Origin: Chlorokybus atmophyticus
Taxonomy: Eukaryota; Plantae; Mesostigma and Chlorokybus algae
Direction of reading: 5' to 3'
Length of the DNA stretch: 64,000 nucleotides
Assembly (NCBI GenBank): GCA_009103225.1
Contig: RHPI01000193.1
Location: forward strand, 554,650-618,649
In this document: in pieces, positions 37,631 through 49,821 of the stretch
Layout of the letters: each line of letters begins with the position of its first letter
Position numbering within the stretch: position 1 is the stretch's first letter
Program-made: the position numbers and the translations under genes
Notes under the pieces: model-generated
Seen by the model: only the letters and a program-made list of their open reading frames with translations
Databases searched by the model: none
What the model was told of the DNA's origin: nothing

Positions 37631-40600
37631 GGGTAGTTTCATGCGCAAGTCGGCTGCTCAGTTGTAAGTGGACATACTCTCACCACTGCCCGTACATTGT
37701 ATATATTGTGGGCGTTTAGGTGCAAGACCAAACAATCAGTCCAAGGTTTGTACAAGCTGCATGGCATGTTAGTGGCTTACGGCAAGAATTGCCAACTTTT
37801 GTCAAACGGCAAGGGTCACATATTAACAGCAGTGTAACGGCAAAGAAACTGCCGGCTATTGCTGTCAGCTGTCCGTAACTACCGGCTAGCGGCCGTCTGT
37901 GCATATCGACCAAAGGGTAACTGGTTGACAACGCTCGGCCGGTTAGTGCCACTGACAACCACTTTCGGCTCGCGGCCGTCTGCGTCAGTCCACTTAAGCC
38001 AACGGCAAACCCAACAGTCCAAAAATAATATTTCAGGCAGCGACAGGCAGGCTCAGGCAGGCTCAGGCACCAGTCAGTCCCTTAGTCCTTAGTCAGTCAC
38101 CGTATAAAACTTGCGACGTATATGATCCACATGTTGCTAGCGCATTGGAGAAGCAGATTGCGCACGGGTGTAGCGTGCGATGGCGAAGGCCGCCCCAGCC
38201 TGCATTACATCGTCCGTCGGCACCTCTATTACTGCCAATAACTAAAAAACGGTCTTGAACTTCGAGTATGGCTATGATAAGAATGTTGTGGCCTCATTTG
38301 TGCATGCATGTGCGGACGCATGTACGTGTCTGTGTGTTTGGATGCATGCATGTTAACTTGCGCGTACGTGCGTGAGGTTGTGCGTGCGTGCTAGTGTATG
38401 CGTGCATTGACCGCAACGTCAACACCAACAGCAGCGCGTGGAGCATCTGGCATTGTTGATTGCATTGGACATTATGAAGTTGACAAATGACAAAAACCAC
38501 TAGTGACCGTCACCAAGGGATGCCAGAGCTTCTGCACTCATTTTCACGTGGACATTGAGCCCCAACTGCAATTTCAACATCCTACTCCTAACAATATTAC
38601 ACATGCACATGTGACGAACAAAACATACACACAACCCAGTTTCGTGTGAGCATTTGGTCGGGTCGATATAGCTAGTAGCGTCAGCATGGCACGCTTCACA
38701 ATGCAGCAAGCCGCTTGATGAGGGTCACAATAGCATATTGGAGTATAATGATTAGTAGTCACATGGATCCAATAGCAATCAGGTAGAGAAGTTGTATGTA
38801 AGGCGAAAGCGGTTGCAATCAAGCAGCACAATGATATACGCCGTGCACATCGCCTGGTTAAGAAGAAGACCCTTTTTAGTGGTGATGGCTTTTTATGTTG
38901 GGTGGTCAAGCAGATTTAAATCGGAGCATCATGTAAAGTGATGAAAAAGATCAAGGAGATATGCACATCAACAGGTCTTGCAAGTCAACAATCGCTTCCG
39001 CTTCGTAATAACCACATGCAAGAACCATGCAACATGGCCTAAACGGCTGCACTTGGGGCTTCTTCGATACAGAAAAAGCCATTGAACCAGCAACTCTGCA
39101 TGATTGTTTCCTGTCATCATGCGCTTTTTACAGGCTGTGCTTTAACCCATCACTACCACAGGAGTCTGCTAGTCATGGTGGTCGTCAACGTGGTCCTACT
39201 CAAGTCTGACTCTACTGGCGATGTGGCAGGTAAGGCATGCTTGCAGACTGACAGGGTTGGGCCGTAGAGTAGTGAAGTAGGTAGTAGCAGGTAGTGTGTA
39301 CCTAGCCCGGTGGTCGTGATGGAGGTGAGTGTGATTGTTGTTAAGTGTCCATGCATGTGTCGTGCATGTTGCATACATCACGTGCATATTCTGTACACTA
39401 CATGGTTTTTGTACCATTTGGTACTTGCACTACAATCTGCTACAACACCACTCTTACTGTTGCTGCTGACAGTGTAAAGTTCAGGGCTCTATTCGACTGA
39501 CATTTACACTGATTGCAAACAGTACTCATGCTGTCCTCTCCCTACAAGCTAACGTATTCAGATACAAAGGCACCTGACAGGGAGGCTTCAACACTAATAC
39601 AATCAAACACCAAGTAGTTTTGTACAATATTGTTGTTGTTGTTGTTGTTATTGGCCAACACATACCTTATTCTGCGGCTGTAGGCTAAGGTGCGTCTCTC
39701 CTTCTCCGGGCCAGCGCTGATTTGTGAGTATGCTTACTCAGCATGGTCATGCTCATATGAGCATGACGATGCTGAGGGGTGAGAGCAGATCGGGGAGGAG
39801 GATGTTGCGTAGGAGGAGGAGGAGGAGGAGGAGGAGCGAGGCTTAAAGGGAGGGGTGGGATCGGTGTGGTCTTCATAGGTAACGGACAGGGAAGATGCCA
39901 TCGCCCAACTTGGTGGCTGCACACACACACACGCGCGTGCGCGCAGATGCACGCGCATGCAAGCAGGCGCATACACAAACATGCAAACTGCAGACACATG
40001 CATACAGATATGCACATGTGCAGGCGCGGGCACGCACACCCCCACACGCACCCCCACATGCAACGCCCACATTCCCACACATGCACAGAACGGCGGTGTT
40101 GTTGGGCTCAATGCAACATCAACTGCGTACACATGTACATCCAGTGTCATACACAATAATGAGATATCTGTAGTAGACAGTGTCAAAACACTTGTGAACC
40201 TGTATCAGTTGCAGTGCGTTGGCTTCTCGGGTATGTCAGCCTTGTCAGTTAAGCACACGCACATGGCTCTGGTTGCGCAACCAGCACACATACACGCGTG
40301 ATAGCCCGCACACCAAAGCAGTCAAGTGCAACACTACCGTTCTTTCAATCCTTCCGTAGACATCCACACCACTGCATGCACGTAATCTGACAGCATGCTA
40401 TATATATCGTTAAGCAATCCACATGTATGCCTCTGATTCCACTGATCTTCAACATCAGCTCAGCCAATATCACCTGTGTGTATGTGTCTGTTACAAAAGT
40501 TCCCTCGCACAAATAGTATCAATAAAGGCCAGAACTACCTTGCCTTTACCAGTGCATTGACCAGTACTGTAACAGTATTGGGACGGGTCTATAATTTGAT

Positions 40601-42143
40601 TGTCTAAAGAAGGGCAAGACACGAACAGTTCGTGTCTTATTGATATTAAGCTAGCTTAATTATGGTAAAGACATCATGAGTCAAGTTGTTTTGTCACCAG
40701 CTCTGGCTTGATTTGAAATACCTGACCACTGCGCACTCAAGACAAGCTGGCATGTGGTACCTGTGCAGGGAGAGTATGGCCTACCTCTGGTCGTATGCTT
40801 GGGTCAACGCCGCCGCGCCTGAGTTTGCGCCTAGTGGCTGTACACAACAGAGCTCCTGCGCAAAGGTTAAGCACGCTTTGAGCCGTAACAAAAGCTGCCA
40901 CTGTCTCCTGATATTTTTGTTGCTTTGATATTTTGTGGCATAAACCCGAAACTAGCTTACGGCAAACAGCTGGAATGCGTTGCTTGCAAGCGGCGGCGGC
41001 AGCGGCGAAGAAGGAAGCACAGGAGGAGGACGAGCATGATAGGAAGAGCAGAGAGGAGCATGTAGAGGACGAGACGCAGCAAAACTGAGCTGGTGGGTTG
41101 AAATTATCTCCTTAGTTTATACCAAGCTGGCTAGTCCTGTGCATTGTCGTGCATGGACTTTCTCTGTGCTATGACTTGCAGCTTGTTGATGGCTAAGGTG
41201 GCTCACATAGCGAAGGGGATTGCATGGAACTGTTTGCGTACACAGTGCTTGTTGTCGCTCCTGGACAGTAGCCCACTAGTCATCCACGAAACGAGCCATG
41301 CATGAAATGCACAACTTCTTGCTGTTGTGTCATCAGCAACTGGAGAGAGAGCAGCTGGTTGCTTGTGGCGTCAGACGTATGATGGCAGCAGCATGCTTCG
41401 TTCGTGGCCCGTCTGTGCGGCCATCCAAGCTTCCAGATTGCGGTGTTTCAGAGCTGGTGAGCACAGTTTTAGGCCACTGAGGCTGAGAGGACCACGCGCC
41501 AGGCAGGTGAGATGGCAACATGCTCCCATGCCAGTATTTCTTTGTAACAACTCGCAGTTGGTTCACTGCTACGCTAAAAGCTCGACAAACGTTGCCACTG
41601 GCACTTTCATAGCTGCAACAGTGCTTCGCTGGCCCAGTTATAGCTGTGTGATCACAGCTGTCACTGAGCTTGCTGCTGCTAGAAGCAGCTAGCTCAATGA
41701 CCACTGTAAGCATGGTGAAGGTCATGTGTTCGCGCCTGTGCTATACATACACACACACACGTACACACTCTCACCCACTCAGTTTGCCAATGCACCCATA
41801 GCTGCACGCTACAGCTGCTTGGTTCATTAAAGGCTGTTACAAAGAAACATGCAGCTTGACCAATGACAGCTGCGAACATAATGGAGTTTGTGTTGCACCC
41901 AGTGTGAAGTGCTTGTTGTTGGGAGTACGCTGCACGATCCTGTGTGATCCGTTGAAAGGCACTCTCTGATGGCTGACATCGGCTTGATGCGCAGCTGACC
42001 ATAATGATGTTGGGAACTTCCATCGCAGAGAAGCGCATTGTCAACGTTTGGGGGTGTGTCTGATATCCTTGTAATGGCTATTATTGCCTGTACTCGCAGT
42101 CGGTGTTACGTTTGCGCTGAGCTGTGTTGCAGCTGCCCTACAG

Positions 42144-44276
42144 AGGTGCTGGAGTTCCCGGCCACAACAGCAACCAAACTGCAGATATGCTTCCTGCCTG
42201 GAAACCCTGTAGGTATCTCAGAGACACACTCCCATGAAGGCAGAACCATGCATCAAGAATGCTTGCAGTGTGTGCTGGATAGAAGCAGGCACTTTATCTT
42301 TGAATGCCTGATCAATGCATACTTTGCGCATGCTTCATGACTTATATGCAGGGTGTAATTGCATACTACGCAAGGTTCTTGTCAGAGTTGCACACTGCTT
42401 TCAACGGGCAAGCTACTGTTGTCGGTAAGCCAGTCACCAGTAGTGTTTCGGTTTTACTGTCTTTTGGTCTACTTTCTGCCATGACTTATTTGAAGCGCCT
42501 TGGTTGATTTCCTTGCAGGGCTCGGGTATGCCGGCCATGGTGGAAAGGTGAGTTGGCATATCCAACCTTCGCACTGTTTTAATGCACGTGCATGTTGTAC
42601 TAGCATGTATTCATCACTTGCAAGTACCAACCTTGCGTTTGCGTTCACTGCACCGAAACCATATCCTGCTTCACATGTACGTGTTCGTTAATGAACTATG
42701 GTTGTGAAGTCAAGTACTCAACATGCGATTGCATCTACTATGCTGCAACAATGTTCTGCTTCACACGATTTGCATCAGGGCATGGATGTTGCTCAGGCAC
42801 AGTTCATGTCATTTTCACATACAACACCCACCAGGACGTACGTGGCAGTCAGCTGTACGGGCTTCGTGATCAGATTGAACACAAGCTGGCCTTCCTCGAC
42901 AGCATGGATGAAAGCCTCCCAGTTGTGCTGGTAATACGACAATACATCTGGCGTGCGTGCAAGCATGCGTGCACGCGCGCATGCGTCCGTGCGTGTATAT
43001 TTTATGATAGAATCCCTTGTATGATGTTGCACTAAAATAGTGTACTTGTCCCTGCACTGAACATGATGTGCAATGAGATGCAGCTTGCTGAGCAGTGTGT
43101 GTGGCTTGCAGATTGGCCATTCCATTGGGAGTTACATGGTGCTGGAGATGTTGCGAAAGAGGCCGGAGCGGGTACATTGTGGTACCGTTTCAAGCTTGCG
43201 CAGCACACTGTTGCACATGGTTGCATGATTTCTTTGTCTGACAAGTATGGACGTTCGTGTGCTTCAGGTGCAGCAGGTGCTGGGCATTCACCCCTTCATC
43301 ACCATGAACTTGGACTCAAGTAGGCAGCGGTTTCTGGCTCGCATAGCACGGTAAGTCCGTCAGCAGGTTGTCTGCAGTGCATCAGTCTTGTACATGGCTG
43401 AGACACACCTGATGACAGATGCAGTAGACACCAAGTTGCATCGTTGACGTCGGCGTGCTCTCGCGTGCGTGCACATGTGCGTGTGTGTAAACAGGTTGGC
43501 ATTGTGCCGCTGGCTTCTGGCCGTGTCCATTGGTGCAATCGGGCTGCTTCCTTATAAAGTCAAGGAACAGCTCGTCAAGTCACGGTTCGGTGATACAATG
43601 GACCCTGACCTCATTAAACCCACAGCAGAGGACTTGCTGCAGGTCCGTATACTACTGTGCAAGCACTACTGACTGGCCATTTGCATGTCCAAGCTATTGT
43701 ACACTACAGTTGCATGCTGTAACCTGACCAGCATGATCATCAAGTGTTCAAGCCATGGTCGCGCTGCTGTAACCATGTGTGAATGCAGTACCACAATGGA
43801 GCCCAGTTCAGCTTTTTGGGCAACACTGAGTTCCAGCAGGTACGGAATGCGCATCTCATGTGTATGATGCTGTTGAGCTGCACTCTAGAGCTGCTCATAA
43901 AGTATTGTTGTGCAGCTTGTTAACGCACCTGACTGGGCATTCATGAATGATAACAAGGAGCGCATCGCTTTCTTGTTCAGTGAGGATGATTACTGGGGCC
44001 CTATCACACACCACAACGAGGTGAACCAAGCATGCATACTGAACTGTTGCATCCATTGACATGCAACAGCACGCATTGGTACTGATGTTGTATGCATCTC
44101 AGATTCAAGAAAGAGTTCCAGGCATTCGCTTGACAATTGAGCAGCATGGCTGCCGTCATGCGTTTGGCCTTACAGCAGCCGGTTCGGGCCTCATCGCGTT
44201 GGAGTGTCACAAGCTGTTGACCATGCAAGGGTCTATTGCGGCGACACTGGCATCAGCTTGTAACGCCATTGATTGA
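42144..44276 (+). CDS. Lipid droplet-associated hydrolase (LDAH-like alpha/beta hydrolase); 5' exons not resolved
   Basis: Spliced FLPGNP|GVIAYYARFL, GLGYAGHG, LRDQIEHKLAFL, nucleophile motif IGHSIGSY (43112-43135), FLFSEDDYWG and HAFGL; stop at 44276. Confidence 0.88.
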
Positions 44277-45379
44277 TGTTTCGCAGGAGTTAAGTAAATT
44301 TAGTCGTCTTTAGTAGTGGACCACCAATAGTTGTCGTTGTGTTTGATGTTACACATGTTGCAATTGATTCATTTCATTATAAGGGGAAAGTACGAACTCA
44401 TGTGCTAGAATCAACAGGAGATTCACTTGAGGTTGGGATAAGCGACAATTTGCTAAAGAGAATCAACTTCTTGCAATGCACGGGCAATGCTGAAGAATGA
44501 AGTAGCTGAAGCAGACATTTGAAGGTCTTGCAATCTGCTGCGTCGTAGAGTACACAAAATGCGATGTGGGGTGGTGCATGCAAGTAGTAGCACACTCACA
44601 CAACATGCACGCAGCAACCAGCAACACTGGTAGGTATGTTCAGTTAACCACCGGGCCAATCTACTTCTACTTCTACTACCTCCACTACTTCCTAGCAGTC
44701 GTAATCACCTGTGGACGGCACGTGTAACAACGTCAGGCCAACGCAGTATCGACTCTGAGCAGCGTTACAGCAAGACCATGCAGCGTGCGAATGCGCTCCC
44801 CCTCTCTCCTCTTCCCCTCTCTCTCGCCTCCTCCCTCCCTCTCTCTCTTCTCTCTCCTCTCACGCCCTCTCTCCCTCCTCCCATGCCCTCTCAGTCATCA
44901 CACGCCCGCCTCCGCCTTCACATGCTTGTGCCGTAACCCTCGCCGCTTTGTGTGTGAGGCAGGGCCCCTCTGCCCCGCCCCTTCTGCTCTGGCTCCTTCA
45001 GTATCAGCACGCAGTGCCTCTACTGGTAGCGTGTGGCGTAGCAGTGTTGGCAGTTAGGTGCTGGTGGTGGGGTTGGGTGGTGAGGTTAGGCTGCTATGTC
45101 CTCCGCACGAGCAGGGTGATTTACCACTCATCTTGCTCCCTGCGCACTTGTGTTGGTAGTGGCTTCGTCTTCAAGACTTGGTACGCCATCTTGAACAGCA
45201 GGGCTGGTGGTGTGCAGGGAGACGTAGGAGTTGTCACGTAGCATCTTCTGTCTCAACGTGACTAGCAGGCGCTTGAGCGGATGGCCATCCTCCCGCATGG
45301 CCACCAGCAAGTCCACCATGGCGCGAACATGTTGAGGTGGAGGTGTGTTGCACGATGACGCCGCCACTGCAGGTCAAAG

Positions 45380-45860
45380 CTGGCATTCACACCAATCAAA
45401 TTGCTGCAAGAGGTCGTAGTGTTGATGCTTGACTATAATGTTGTAAAATTAAAGGTTTGTAGCAGGATGTGGCTACGCTTCTGCTCCGTCGTTCGTGTAG
45501 TATTGAATCCACATTGCAGTGGCGTAAATGCCATGATATTGTTTATCAATCCAACTATGATGTACCTCTGGCAATTGCACTTTGTGCCCACCATCGTGCC
45601 ACACAACAGTAGCATCGCCTGAAAGGCTTTGCTCGGCCACTTGCTGGCGTCAGCCAACGATGTTTTAGAGTCCGTAGCAATAAAACGTGGAGCCGGTGGT
45701 ACTTTGTGCAGTGTAATAAGCAAGGTAAAGATGTGGCAATCATAGCTCCTTGCCCGAGCGGGAGCCATGCTCGCGGTATCAAACTTCATGCTGTTGCAGC
45801 ACCACGGGTATTGGTATGGTAACGCGTTTTTATGTTGCCATGAAGATCTCTGTCGCAAAG
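45380..45860 (-). mobile_element. Degenerate Penelope-like element reverse transcriptase fragment
   Basis: LHKVPPAPRFIATDSKTSLADASKWPSKAF and QTFNFTTL*SSI resemble PLE RT motifs of the form K.HK....RFI and T.DF.TLYT.I. Flanked by stop-riddled sequence. Confidence 0.55.
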
Positions 45861-47851
45861 CAAGTCAAGTAATTCTTCTTGCAGACCACAACGATAGTCC
45901 CACCGCACTCATGCCACTTATGTGAGGATGTACCGTTGCTGCAACCGCCTCAGTGCTGCTGCGTCTTCATCTGTCACGATGTTCTGTTGCACATGGCGTT
46001 GTTGATGTGGTATTTCAGCGATGGCGTCTGCACGGTCATGCACCATTCAGAGCAACGTTGCCGAACATGCTTGCAGTGCCATTGGTTGGCCGCATTGTTC
46101 ATCAAAATGCTGGGCAAACTGCTGTACTATTGCTGTTACTGCTGGCACACAGACCCTCACGTCTGCTAATACAGGATGACGAAACTTTGTTTCTCTGCAG
46201 AGTATCTATTGCAGCGCCGCTGAATTTGTAACCTTATTGTAGTCGCAGATTATCACGTGGCCCAACTGTGGGTGCCCAAAGGACCTCGAAATGCCGCTTC
46301 GCAAGCGCATGGCGACGACAGGACGACCAACTGTTGTTGCGCCGACGAGTTGAATATCTCGCGGGTGCTATTGCATACTGTGCGGCCTATTGTTTTGCTG
46401 CAGCGTCAAATTAGCAGCGGGACTCCCATGCATGCTCTTGCATGTGGTGGTAGGGCAGCTCGTATCGCTAGGTGGGACAGCAACTGCTGCAGTTGCTGGT
46501 TATCCGCTGCGACATTTTTAAAAGAACACGCTACCACAAGACGGGCGTCGCGACTATGTGGCAGGGCGGTTGGGTAATTACGCAACCCTCATGGAGCTGA
46601 TGTCAATGCTCGAGCATGCGCTGGCTGCATCTGTATGTATTCTGTTGTACTCTGGCTCGCGCATCATCTTGTAGAGATTAATCAATTTAACAGTGCTATG
46701 TAGATGAAACTTTCTGTTCAAGCTCTGCATTAGCTTAAACAGAGCGCAATTGTTGCATTATAAGCCTGTCCGCGCCTATTGATGCAATGAGTTTAATCTT
46801 TCAGCGTGTCACGAGCGTTTCCGCGTATCGATGCAAGAATCTCATTCGGTTTGCGTTGCCTCTTCAATCAATGTAATGTAATATATCAAAACACCATAGC
46901 CAGTTGCTAAGCTAGCTACAACCGTGAAACCCACTACCCTGAGAACCGCATAATGTCGATGAGTCCATTCTGATGCTTCATTGAACGACGTACAAAAGTC
47001 CTTCTGCAATGGCATTAGTGATTCAACTCAATGGCAAAGAAGGACCCGTGCACACTAAGAGTTATAAGCACTCACACGGTAAGGCTCTGTAGAGATTCCG
47101 CGCCGTGCACCATGAATATGAGTCTGCAATTGCTTTGTCAAGATTGCGGTACTTCAAGCGAGGGGCTTATGTTTCATACAACGAACATGAGTTCCAAGCA
47201 CGAGATCTCGTAGCAAATGGACTGATTTGTGTGGCAAAGCAATATGCACAGCCAAATAACACATTCAGCGAAGGGCCTCAAGCAGCTTTGACTCGGAGTG
47301 CTATGTGTAGGTAATGGCACTGCAAAGGCAGCATCACGGCAGCTCTGTGTTGGTTACTGACTACACAAGTAAGCGTAAAACCCCCTAGACAACTATTGTA
47401 TTGATAACCAACACTACTCAACACGCAGAAGCAGCACAGCAGCAAAAGCCACGTCTCAAGCATGCGTGCATGCTCGAGAGCTTTTGCACTCTCTTAAGGT
47501 GTTCAAGGAGGCACAGTGAGACCCACCTGAAAGGAGGACTTGCAAAGTCGTCTTGCGAGCCTAGACCAGGCCCGGCCTGATGACATCCTTCTCTGTTCAC
47601 ACCAACCCGCCACCTTGCAGCGAACAACCGCCAGGACCAACGTGTTCGGAGCGGCTGGCCGCGCTCACCATTGTCTTTAACTGAATTAAGGCCGCGCTCT
47701 TCCTTACACCCCCACTCCCACGTCCTCCTCATCCACTCTGCCTGCCCCGCCCTCCTCCTGCGCCGCCACCACCACCGCCGCCCCCCCACAACCTTATTTT
47801 GTTTAATGAAATAGTTTCTCGTTGTATAAAGTACCTGAGTGGGAGCAATGG

Positions 47852-47925
47852 GATTCCGTGGTGTAGTTGGTTATCACGTCAGTCTAACACACTGAAGGTC
47901 GCCGGATCGAGCCCGGCCGGAATCA
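47852..47925 (+). tRNA. tRNA-Val (AAC)
   Basis: Acceptor stem GATTCCG/CGGAATC plus A; A-box TGGTGTAGTTGG; anticodon arm TCAGT-CTAACAC-ACTGA; T arm GCCGG-ATCGAGC-CCGGC. Upstream TATAAA (47825) and CAA; downstream TTTT tracts. Confidence 0.95.
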
Positions 47926-47941
47926 GTACTGTAGATTTTGT

Positions 47942-48682
47942 CACTTTTCCCACCACTGGTGACATGTTACTGCTCAGGTAAACGCCGCTGTCTTTGTCGT
48001 CGCCATTATGCACACCCAGCGGAGCGCCAAGCAGGCCTTTACCACTCACGGCATGGTACATATGCACAACAACACTTTTCCCACCACTGGTGACATGTTA
48101 CTGCTCAGGTAAACGCCGCTGTCTTTGTCGTCGCCAATATGCACACCCAGCGGAGCGCCAAGCAGGCCTTTACCACTCACGGCATGGTACATATGCACAA
48201 CAAGCGTACCGCTCTGTGTGCGGGTGGTCCACGTGCATGTACGAGGCACTGAGTGGCTCGGGACTTGTCTTGTGTGAGTCCACGATTGTGCTGTTCTATA
48301 GACTAAGTGTAAAGTGTTTTGCGTGCATGCCATCAAGAGTGGACTGCATGCGGAGCGCCAAGCAGGCCTTTACCACTCACGGCATGGTACATATGCACAA
48401 CAACACTTTTCCCACCACTGGTGACATGTTACTGCTCAGGTAAACGCCGCTGTCTTTGTCGTCGCCAATATGCACACCCAGCGGAGCGCCAAGCAGGCCT
48501 TTACCACTCACGGCATGGTACATATGCACAACAAGCGTACCGCTCTGTGTGCGGGTGGTCCACGTGCATGTACGAGGCACTGAGTGGCTCGGGACTTGTC
48601 TTGTGTGAGTCCACGATTGTGCTGTTCTATAGACTAAGTGTAAAGTGTTTTGCGTGCATGCCATCAAGAGTGGACTGCATGC
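47942..48682. repeat. Nested near-perfect tandem duplications (131-bp and 331-bp periods)
   Basis: The unit CACTTTTCCCACC... starts at 47942, 48073 and 48404; the block 48020-48350 is repeated at 48351-48681. Confidence 0.9.
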
Positions 48683-49821
48683 ACAACGAGCGTGCGTGTG
48701 GGCTGTTGCAACAAGTCCAGCAGATAGGTGCATGAAGCTGTGTACTCAGAATGCTGAGCACAGCATACGCTTGTGCTCCGCTGAGCAACTTGCCCTGCGC
48801 TCAAGCCATCTCTCCGTGGGTTTTGCCGTACTGTACATCAAATGCAGGACATGCATGCGCATGCACAGCGTGTAGTCCAGTCAGCACGCAGCAACACATG
48901 CAAGGTGTCGTACAAATGACATTTAGTTGACCACCGGGCTACTACTAGCACGCTAATCTACTGCCTCTACCCCGTTAAACATGCAGCAGTCAATATGCAG
49001 TTGGTAATCACCTGCCCACATGGGCGTTGGTTAGTTGTTGGCGCTTTTGGTCACGCGGACAGCATGCAAATTGGCGACCAGGACTCCCCCTCCCTCTCTC
49101 TCTGGCTCCGCCGCCTTCCTTGCCCTCTGCAAGCGATGCAGCAGGGTTTGCTGGGTTGTGGCGTAGTTGCGTTGCACTGCCGACGTCAGCAGTGCCTGTT
49201 CCAGTGCCCCCTCCGCACAGGTTGTGCTGTGTTCGGTTCGGGTGCTGGGCTGGTTAGGTGCTGGTTGGGGTTGGGTGGTGGGGTTGGTTTCCTGCGTCTG
49301 TGTTGTGAACTTCAACTGTATAGAGCCCATGCAACTGTTGCAACTCACTTTGCTCGAGTGCTTTGCCATATCATACATGTTCAGGGCATGTGCGCCAAAG
49401 CGGAGGGCAACGCGCACATGCATTGCAATGTGTTTCCACATGCTGCCGTACCAGCTTACAAAAGATGCAAGAAGATCACGCACATGCAATGTGGGTTTAG
49501 ACAGGCACAACATAGATTGAACACTCATGGACTGCCAGTGCAGCTCTGCATGCGGGCCCAGGATGAGATTTGATTTGGGTCTGCATTTGTTCATTGCTAG
49601 ATATGTCGCCCTTGCATGCAATCTACATGCTGCTATTCACGTAATCATCAGCTATGACTAACTATACGTCGTATGTACTGGCCTACTCCACTACACTATG
49701 CTCAGGACTCCAAGCCAACTTACGACTACGCACTATCTGCTCAGCTTAGCGCCTAGGGGCTCCTCACTAGTTAAAAACACCTATGGTGGACTCTATACAA
49801 TGGGCAAACTATTAGGGAGTG

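Noticed and set aside
38300-40000. Possible minus-strand gene with Cys motifs
   Set aside because: Exon-like pieces exist, but I could not assemble a consistent stop-free model or recognise a domain.
47852-48682. tRNA-headed SINE
   Set aside because: The tRNA is full length with perfect stems, its own upstream TATA/CAA and T-tract terminators. No poly-A tail or TSD was seen.
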